The position numbers were made by a program, and so were the translations under genes. From Pseudomonas phage phiKZ, in the sequence record NC_004629.1: a DNA stretch of 32,000 bases. The stretch is one strand, 5' to 3'. Of this stretch, positions 8,736-19,092 are shown in pieces. Below the pieces are notes generated by a model. It was not told the DNA's origin. It worked only from the letters and a program-made list of their open reading frames with translations, and did not search any database. Each line of letters starts with the position of its first letter. Positions within the stretch are counted from its first letter, which is position 1.

Positions 8736-10128
8736 CCGTCACGAACACAATTGAATATGAATAAGAATATGGGCCTTCAGCTACTACAAGAATTTCCATT
8801 TTAACTTTATTAGCTCCAATACGAGCTAATTGGTTTCTACTTGGAATATCGATATTTAATACAAGCTTTAATTTTATCTTACGATCTTTAAATGTGATCG
8901 GAACTTCTACAAAGCCTGTATTAGATGTAATCGTCTTAAGTAGTTGATAGCCAACTTTCTTACCCTTTGCGACTTCCTCGAAGAAGTGCTCGGTAATATC
9001 AATAATACCAACCGACTCTCCAAGTTTACCAGCCAAGTAATCTTCAAGACGACTGCGCATAACATTAAATGTAGCTACAGCATCATTTGCCATACGTGGT
9101 GGATTAAGAGTCCGACTAATGAGTTCATCTGTTGGCGTTGACAAAACATTGATATCTTTCCATACGACTAGAGCAGGTAGTCCCATGGATTCAATTTTCT
9201 GTCGAATGGTTGCACGGTATGCGTTTGCCAAATTGATGATACCCAGTTCTGGATTTTCAGTACCCAGTGCTTCTGTATGCATATTAATTAGTAACTGGAG
9301 ATACTCATCTGGCTCATTTGCCTTATATACACTGAAGGTTGCTTCAGAGATACGACGCCCTAAAATTAAATCAGCTTTAGCTAATTTATCTTTAGCAGTG
9401 TCTTTTGGTTTATGACCATAGTTATGCATACGACCTAAATTATAGGTGTAATAGAACCCATCTGGTTCTTCTCCAGAGTTAATGGCGAAGAGTAACCTAC
9501 TTTCGAGGATAAGTGGATTAACAACTTGTTTTTTAAGTTTGTTAATTTCTTCGCCTTTAACCGAAACCATCACTGGCTTATCATTATTCTGTCCCGAACC
9601 AAGCTTAGCATTAGCATCAGCTTTTTCATTACCAATGTCTCCGTTATGACCGCGGACCCATTGGATGCTTAATGGTTTATTAGTTTCTTCCCATTTAGCT
9701 TTTAGTTCGACCATCTGTTTCCATAGGTCCTGGTTTGCTACCGGTGTACCGTCTGATTTAATCCAATTGGACTTAATCCATTTGGGTAAATATGCGGTCA
9801 TACCTTTTCTAACGTATTCACTATCCATGAGCATCGTTAGTCTAGGTGCATCTGCTTCATGGGCTATTTTGAAAGCCTCAATTGCAGCGGTTAGCTCACC
9901 TGTATTATTAGTAGGGTTATTAGTTACACTACCAAATGCATCAATATAATTTAAAACAGTGCATGTCTCATCTGCACCTACATCTAAGTATCCCTTAGCT
10001 GTTGGTTGCTGTTTGGTGGCTGCTTTAGATTTCATTGCAACATTTTCATAGGTATAACCATGAATACCCCAACCAGCTTTACCCTGTCGGAATGATCCGT
10101 CAGTGTATAAAACCATACCGTCTGACAT
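8680..10128 (-). CDS. RNase HI domain protein with about 300-aa C-terminal extension
   Basis: RNase H catalytic pattern YTDGS...NNTGELTAAIEAF...MDSEYVRKG...WVRGHNGDIGNEKADANAKLG. GAGGAAACAATA-ATG ribosome binding site. Confidence 0.85.
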   Translation of the reverse strand: MSDGMVLYTDGSFRQGKAGWGIHGYTYENVAMKSKAATKQQPTAKGYLDVGADETCTVLNYIDAFGSVTNNPTNNTGELTAAIEAFKIAHEADAPRLTMLMDSEYVRKGMTAYLPKWIKSNWIKSDGTPVANQDLWKQMVELKAKWEETNKPLSIQWVRGHNGDIGNEKADANAKLGSGQNNDKPVMVSVKGEEINKLKKQVVNPLILESRLLFAINSGEEPDGFYYTYNLGRMHNYGHKPKDTAKDKLAKADLILGRRISEATFSVYKANEPDEYLQLLINMHTEALGTENPELGIINLANAYRATIRQKIESMGLPALVVWKDINVLSTPTDELISRTLNPPRMANDAVATFNVMRSRLEDYLAGKLGESVGIIDITEHFFEEVAKGKKVGYQLLKTITSNTGFVEVPITFKDRKIKLKLVLNIDIPSRNQLARIGANKVKMEILVVAEGPYSYSYSIVFVTDDGSAIYQSPYTQFILPK

Positions 10129-10183
10129 TATTGTTTCCTCATGTGATCGATTACTAAACTAGATAATAATTCTAGCAAGTAAA

Positions 10184-10585
10184 TTACTCATCACACTTTG
10201 CACGCCATTCTTCATATGCTTGCTCAATTTTAGCGCGCTCAGATACAATATGTGACTTTAATTCTTTTATATAGTCAGTCAACAAGATATCGATTTGTTC
10301 CGGAGTTTCTATAAACTCTGTAATAATCGGTGTTGGCGGTACCGGTTTCTTTCTTGGTAGTTCGAAAACCATACACTTCTTACTAGTATCCTTACTATAT
10401 TTTTTAGGTGTAGGCAGAACTTTTTGTATTACCTCTTCTTTAGTTGTAACAACAGATGTATGATCATCTGTAGAAGAGGAGTGCTCATATTGGACCACAG
10501 TCGTGTTGTGCGTGTGGTACTCATGTGGCGTATAAACACAGCCACTGATAAGTGGTAGGAGTATTAGAAAGAACTTTCTTGACAT
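10184..10585 (-). CDS. Putative lipoprotein, candidate o-spanin (133 aa)
   Basis: Starting at the internal ATG gives MSRKFFLILLPLISGC, a signal peptide plus lipobox (LISGC), followed by a His/Thr-rich and a Pro-rich segment. The track start at 10597 is a TTG. Confidence 0.5.
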   Translation of the reverse strand: MSRKFFLILLPLISGCVYTPHEYHTHNTTVVQYEHSSSTDDHTSVVTTKEEVIQKVLPTPKKYSKDTSKKCMVFELPRKKPVPPTPIITEFIETPEQIDILLTDYIKELKSHIVSERAKIEQAYEEWRAKCDE

Positions 10586-10605
10586 GTGATCCACCAATTT
10601 GGTAC

Positions 10606-10896
10606 TTACTTTAGCAAGTCATTTAAACGACGGCGGCGCTCAAGCATTTCAGCCTTCTCAGGCGTCATTTTCTTGAGTCGATCCATTTCGGCTTTAACGG
10701 CCCAGTTGCTTGCTTTAACTGACTTCAACTCACTAGTCACTATGAATAAGGTACCTAGTAATATTACAACTAGGATTAACATTGCCGTGACATGTTTGTT
10801 TTCCAGCAACACTTCCTTAATTGTTCTATCACCAAAGATAGCCCTCTTAAGGAATGGCCAAACGAAGAGCAAGGCTTTAATAGTCAAACCGAGCAT
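10606..10896 (-). CDS. Small inner-membrane protein, candidate i-spanin (96 aa)
   Basis: Hydrophobic MLGLTIKALLFVWPFL and HVTAMLILVVILLGTLFIV segments, then a charged helical tail. Immediately upstream of the lipoprotein gene on the same strand. Confidence 0.45.
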   Translation of the reverse strand: MLGLTIKALLFVWPFLKRAIFGDRTIKEVLLENKHVTAMLILVVILLGTLFIVTSELKSVKASNWAVKAEMDRLKKMTPEKAEMLERRRRLNDLLK

Positions 10897-11071
10897 GATG
10901 ACCTCTGTTAGTACTATGCCTACCCATAAAAGCCAGTATTGGCATTTCTATCAATAGACTGTTACAAGGGTATTACGTAAAGCTCATAATACCAGACTTT
11001 TTATTTTAACACAACTAGAACAGACTGATTTTATAGATGGAAACCCATCGCGCTCTAATTATGAGGATTAA

Positions 11072-12412
<1,341 letters not shown>

Positions 12413-12422
12413 TGCATAAATG

Positions 12423-12444
12423 AGAGAGGGCAAAGGCCCTCTCT
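12423..12444 (+). terminator. Hairpin agagagggc-aaag-gccctctct followed by TATATTAA
   Basis: Perfect 9-bp stem in the intergenic gap between co-directional genes. Confidence 0.75.
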
Positions 12445-12467
12445 TATATTAATCTAAAGGTGGCGCA

Positions 12468-13418
12468 ATGCGTAGATTCACTCTTAATCTGGCGGATAAC
12501 CCGCGTGGACAAGATCCACGAATAGGTTTCTTCAAAGCAGTTACAACAGCATATCCGGATTTAGGTTTATCTGAAGATAAGTCCATTATCGTAATGGTAA
12601 TGGATAGTGCAACTATCGATGAGCCTAATAGGGCATTTGTTCGTATTCAAAAAGATGCAACTAATAGTGCTGTTTATTACGACTTTCTTTATAATCGTTT
12701 TAATGTTAATGATTATATTAAAAATCCATATTGGACAGCATCGGAAGTAACGGTTGTTCAAGGATTAAAAAATAGCGAAGCTTTAGTTGCGTATGTTGCT
12801 AATAAAGCTAAATTAAATTTTACTGCTAGTGACATATGGTTAGAAATATCTAATATAACGTATACCGGTGGTAAGAAACAACCAAACTTTTTATTTAAAG
12901 CTATTGATTCATCACTATGGTGGAGAGGATGGTTAAATCTATGGTTACATTCAGGTGGTGATGTTGACCCTGATCCGCCGGACCCAGATCCAGATCCTGA
13001 TCCAGAACCAACAGATGGCTATCAGATATTCCCGCAATTGCTTGTACCATTTACAATTACAGTTGATAATGAAACAGGTAAATTTGGTAATTGGATTTGT
13101 CCGCCTTATGATCAAGCTATAGGTAGGCTATTGGTACTAATGCCTAAACCAGATGGTGCTCAAATAGCAGAGTCACCTAAAGGTGTTATACTACCTTCTG
13201 GCAATAGCGAGAAACTTAAGGCTGGTGCTGAATATCGAATACTGAATTTAACTAATGAAGATGTTGATATAGCTACTGCTTATCAACAGAGTATCATTAG
13301 GCCAATGTATACAAGTACTGGTTTCTTACCTAATAATGGCTATACTCGATTTATCTGTTATAATGAAACAACTAAAGCGATGTATACACTTGGTCTGTCA
13401 TGGTGGATGCAATCATGA
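12468..13418 (+). CDS. Putative virion protein with Asp-Pro linker (316 aa)
   Basis: AAAGGTGGCGCA-ATG ribosome binding site. Two apparent domains joined by DPDPPDPDPDPDPEPTD. Confidence 0.7.
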   Translation: MRRFTLNLADNPRGQDPRIGFFKAVTTAYPDLGLSEDKSIIVMVMDSATIDEPNRAFVRIQKDATNSAVYYDFLYNRFNVNDYIKNPYWTASEVTVVQGLKNSEALVAYVANKAKLNFTASDIWLEISNITYTGGKKQPNFLFKAIDSSLWWRGWLNLWLHSGGDVDPDPPDPDPDPDPEPTDGYQIFPQLLVPFTITVDNETGKFGNWICPPYDQAIGRLLVLMPKPDGAQIAESPKGVILPSGNSEKLKAGAEYRILNLTNEDVDIATAYQQSIIRPMYTSTGFLPNNGYTRFICYNETTKAMYTLGLSWWMQS

Positions 13419-13819
13419 GCGAATTCTGTTATATCTACCCACCTATGAAAGTAATTGACACGTCTAAAGCAACTGGACGTAAGTTTGATATTGACTCAAC
13501 TTATCTTAATGCGCACATTATCGTTGAAGATCCTAATTATACTGATAATGATAATTCAGATAGTCCATTTATAGTAAATTTACCAGCTACTGCCTATGAT
13601 ACTAAAAAAGGTAAATATGTATTTACTATTGCTAATAAGACAAATGGATTATTGGTGATTCGTGCTTATGGTAATCGTTTAGTTGGTAACCGTGTATTCA
13701 AAGTTGACTGTCAATTAAACAAAGGTGAGGCATGTGAATATAGAACGGTTTATGATTCATTAGAAAATGAATTATACTGGTCTATCGAAGGACGTGTAAT
13801 GACGGATGTACAGGAGTAA
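13415..13819 (+). CDS. Hypothetical virion-associated protein (134 aa)
   Basis: ATGA overlap with the upstream stop supports the start at 13415 (MSEFCYIYPP...) rather than the track start at 13400. Confidence 0.65.
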   Translation: MSEFCYIYPPMKVIDTSKATGRKFDIDSTYLNAHIIVEDPNYTDNDNSDSPFIVNLPATAYDTKKGKYVFTIANKTNGLLVIRAYGNRLVGNRVFKVDCQLNKGEACEYRTVYDSLENELYWSIEGRVMTDVQE

Positions 13820-13822
13820 ATC

Positions 13823-14296
13823 ATGGCAGATACATCAAAATGTGATAATTTCATTCCTGGTGCATTTTACACAACAATAAATAAATATCCATTAAAAATG
13901 AAACACCCTCTTTATGGAGATGATGTTATTTATAATCTGTTAGATGTTAAAGATTATTTTGATACTAACATTATCTTTAAAGAAGAAGATGGATATGTAT
14001 CATCACCAACAACACCTACATTTATTGGCACTGTTATTAAATATAATACATCATTGCCAAATGGATTTACTTTCGTATTGAGTTTCTATGAAAAAGATCC
14101 TATTAATGGCAAAGAGACTAGGGACTCATTAAGTTTTTGGGCACAAGACAAAGATGGTAAATTAGTTATACCTAGAGGTTTTCCATTTGAAGATGCTTCT
14201 GTGCGCGGTACGGTTGGACAACGATTTATATTAGTCAGACCTAATGGCCAAACAACTGGTGATTATATTTGGGTTTGTCCTGGTCAAGCATTTTAA
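13823..14296 (+). CDS. Hypothetical virion-associated protein (157 aa)
   Basis: CAGGAGTAAATC-ATG ribosome binding site, co-directional run. Confidence 0.75.
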   Translation: MADTSKCDNFIPGAFYTTINKYPLKMKHPLYGDDVIYNLLDVKDYFDTNIIFKEEDGYVSSPTTPTFIGTVIKYNTSLPNGFTFVLSFYEKDPINGKETRDSLSFWAQDKDGKLVIPRGFPFEDASVRGTVGQRFILVRPNGQTTGDYIWVCPGQAF

Positions 14297-14301
14297 TTTA
14301 A

Positions 14302-14329
14302 AGCGGATCTGCTTTAAAGTGGATCCGCT
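14302..14329 (+). terminator. Hairpin agcggatc-(12 nt)-gatccgct followed by ATTATTTCGTC
   Basis: Perfect 8-bp stem 3' of the stop, with the same TTATTTCGTC tail as the 2938 terminator. Confidence 0.7.
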
Positions 14330-14370
14330 ATTATTTCGTCTTAAAGTAACTATAGTGCTCAATTGAATGA

Positions 14371-15030
<660 letters not shown>

Positions 15031-15065
15031 CAACCTTATGAACTTTAATACTCCGGAGTTTTAAA

Positions 15066-16634
15066 ATGGCTAAGAAAAAAACAGTTCCCGCAATGGATTT
15101 CTTTGCAAGTCTTGAGCGCGTTTCTGATGCTGAAGATAAGAATGTCAATCTTGATGTTGGTAAAGAATTACCAGAACAATTAAAAGATGATGAAGATGGT
15201 AAAGTAAATCCATGTGATGAAGTTACCAATGTCGTTACCAATACCCCAATTGACGTATGCAAAGGTCCAGATGTTGATGGAACTGCTGATAAGATCAATG
15301 ATAAGAAGATTCATGTTAGTCAAGGGCTAAAAGAATTCCAAGTAGCTAAAGGTGATCGTGTTGAAAATGAAATCACTGAAACAGCTGATGAAATGATCAC
15401 TAAAGTAAGTGATACTAAAGATCTTAATGTTAGTACCAAAAAACCACACCAAATTGCAGATGTCCCATCGAATGAAGACATTTCTATTATGGAAGCCAAT
15501 GAGACTGAGCAGCTAGACCATGGCTATGATGCCACCGCACTACTGGAAACTACTGAAGATATCATCACTGGTGAACTAGATGATCATCTAGAATCATTAT
15601 CAGTTGAAATGTTTACAATTGTAAATGAACTGACTAAAGTAGAATCTGTTCAAACTGCATTAGAAAACTATATTGGTTTAGTTAGTAACCGCCATCATCG
15701 CGGGCATGATGTCGATCATGATCTAGCTAAAGCTATTAGCATCGCGCTAGAGTCATTTGACTATAAATATTTTAATAACACTGTGCCATCAATGGAATCC
15801 TTTATATCACCGCTAACTCGGCCTAAAGCTTCTATTGAAGTATTAGATAATCTACAAGCTAAAGCAAAAGAAGTATCTACTGTTGCATTAGATTTCATTA
15901 AGAAGCTAATTCGCATTGTTGTAGAAACTTATCAACGTATTCGCCAGAATGTCAGTAATCAAATAGAACGCGTTAATAAGATCATGAAACGCGTTAAAGA
16001 GAATGAACTACCCGATGAAGTTCGTACTATCGCAATTCCACGCGATCTGATTCTAGGTGACACTGGTGAGAGTTGGGTTGGTGTAGACCCTGTTCAGGGG
16101 GTTACTGTAATCCGTAATCTATTTGACAGCATTGAAAAGAATGGACTGCGTGCTCTTAAAGCAGCCTTAGCTGGAAAAACAACTGATGATAAAGCACTGG
16201 CTTTAGCTAAAGGTATGTTTGGAACAGCTACCAAAATTAATGCTAATGGTGTCCGATATGCTAGCCCGGTTGTGCCCGGTAATCGTGTTTATACCTTTGG
16301 TAAAGACAAAGCTGCGGTAGACTTCTCCATTCTTGATGCACCGGGTAAACCCAACTATGGAATTACTGTTGAACTATTAGTTGATAAGAATGTTGTTATG
16401 GCTCAGCTAAAAGCAGTTCATAACCTCCTAAATCATCTAAATAATATTCGCGGTATCTCTAAAGAGTCAACTGCTGAAATCATTGCACAGATGACTGATA
16501 AAGAAGCAACCAATGTTGGTAAGGCTTATCTAACTGGCACCACTGAAGCTAGTAATGATCTGTTTAAATGTGTGATGATCTGGATCACCGTACTTGAGAA
16601 ACTAGTTGATAGTGAAATCAAGGAAACTGAATAG
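15066..16634 (+). CDS. Putative inner-head (internal virion) protein with acidic N-terminal region (522 aa)
   Basis: CCGGAG ribosome binding site. Paralogous to the next gene through DLAKAISIALESFD versus DLSKAMSFALESID. About 200 aa of acidic N-terminus precede this. Confidence 0.55.
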   Translation: MAKKKTVPAMDFFASLERVSDAEDKNVNLDVGKELPEQLKDDEDGKVNPCDEVTNVVTNTPIDVCKGPDVDGTADKINDKKIHVSQGLKEFQVAKGDRVENEITETADEMITKVSDTKDLNVSTKKPHQIADVPSNEDISIMEANETEQLDHGYDATALLETTEDIITGELDDHLESLSVEMFTIVNELTKVESVQTALENYIGLVSNRHHRGHDVDHDLAKAISIALESFDYKYFNNTVPSMESFISPLTRPKASIEVLDNLQAKAKEVSTVALDFIKKLIRIVVETYQRIRQNVSNQIERVNKIMKRVKENELPDEVRTIAIPRDLILGDTGESWVGVDPVQGVTVIRNLFDSIEKNGLRALKAALAGKTTDDKALALAKGMFGTATKINANGVRYASPVVPGNRVYTFGKDKAAVDFSILDAPGKPNYGITVELLVDKNVVMAQLKAVHNLLNHLNNIRGISKESTAEIIAQMTDKEATNVGKAYLTGTTEASNDLFKCVMIWITVLEKLVDSEIKETE

Positions 16635-16643
16635 GTAAACATA

Positions 16644-17831
16644 ATGTCCACATATGCAGAACTATTAATTACCAATAATGAACTCAAAGAGGCTATTGTT
16701 TCTGTTGAAGCATATCGCCATCGATTAGCTCGTTATCAAGATCTGCTAGATGGACGTGACGTAGCATCTGAAGACCTGTCTAAAGCGATGTCATTTGCTT
16801 TAGAAAGTATCGATCCCGCCTTCTCCATAAAAGAAGGCGGTATAATTACACTACGTGCTTTAAAAGATGCATTAGTTCGAGCTGCTAAGGCTGCACGAGA
16901 TATTGTGCGGATGGTAATCGAAACACTCACGGCATTCTACGTCAAGTTTACTGGCAGTATTTCACATGTGCGTAAAACACAGCAAAAATTATCTAGGCGA
17001 CTTGCAAAACTAGGTAATCGTACGACTAATACTCGATTGACTGTTTCTGGTTTACAGCGATTATCTATTAACGGTGAATTCATTGGTGATCGACCAGATA
17101 ATCTTTTAGATATCAAAGAAGTCACTAATTATATTTTAATGACTTATCCTAAAATGACTTCTAATATTGCTCGAAATATTAGTAGACAAGCATTGAATAT
17201 CTTAGATAATCAAGGCGAAGATACCACTACAGAAATCATTGATGAGTTATTACAATCTTTTGCCGATATAGTGCGTCGTGATTTTAAAGCGCCGCCAGGG
17301 GATGAGCCATTAAAGAAAGGTGAGACTACTTCTACTGGTACCCATAGAAGTTATATTTTACCAGCTAATCGTGCATTTGTTTATACTGATGCTGACCATA
17401 TAGCTACATCAGTTACTAATAAACAATCTGCACTAGAAATGGTTCGCAATACATTTACAATGGAATTTACAGAGTTACAAATCAATGCAATTGATAGCAC
17501 TGAACGAGATATAGAAGTACCTTCTGTAACTACGCTAAGTGATATTGTAACTGGTATTGCTAATATTTTAACGATCGCTGAACGTGCTAAACAAGGCGAA
17601 GTAGAATATAAAACAGTTAAGGTAGTTGTAGATGATTCAATTCGACAGCTAGCTGAACGTAGTGAGTTATTGGGAAGGGCAAATGGCGAGGCAATTAATA
17701 TGCTCGCTGAGATATCCCGAAAATTAGCAGAACCTGTTGGTAACTACACCCATTGGTTAGCAGTAACTCTTAAAGTCTGGTTAACATTTGTTAGTCACTG
17801 CATTACTCATTATGAGAATGAAGGTATTTAA
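16644..17831 (+). CDS. Putative inner-head (internal virion) protein paralog (395 aa)
   Basis: Adjacent paralog of the upstream gene, with the same LAKAxSxALES block and similar amphipathic helices after it. Confidence 0.55.
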   Translation: MSTYAELLITNNELKEAIVSVEAYRHRLARYQDLLDGRDVASEDLSKAMSFALESIDPAFSIKEGGIITLRALKDALVRAAKAARDIVRMVIETLTAFYVKFTGSISHVRKTQQKLSRRLAKLGNRTTNTRLTVSGLQRLSINGEFIGDRPDNLLDIKEVTNYILMTYPKMTSNIARNISRQALNILDNQGEDTTTEIIDELLQSFADIVRRDFKAPPGDEPLKKGETTSTGTHRSYILPANRAFVYTDADHIATSVTNKQSALEMVRNTFTMEFTELQINAIDSTERDIEVPSVTTLSDIVTGIANILTIAERAKQGEVEYKTVKVVVDDSIRQLAERSELLGRANGEAINMLAEISRKLAEPVGNYTHWLAVTLKVWLTFVSHCITHYENEGI

Positions 17832-17839
17832 CAGCATAA

Positions 17840-17860
17840 GCCCTCCCATAGTGGGAGGGC
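17840..17860. terminator. Hairpin gccctccca-tag-tgggagggc, flanked by CATAA/ATTATG
   Basis: Perfect 9-bp stem at a convergent junction. Confidence 0.85.
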
Positions 17861-17870
17861 ATTATGTTCT

Positions 17871-19043
<1,173 letters not shown>

Positions 19044-19092
19044 TTACTAGGGTTATTAACTCTATAGAGTAAGACATTATTAAGGGTTAATC

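Noticed and set aside
10586-10957. Plus-strand 123-aa ORF opposite the candidate i-spanin
   Set aside because: Antisense to a gene with better start, membrane topology and operon context. Low-complexity hydrophobic composition.
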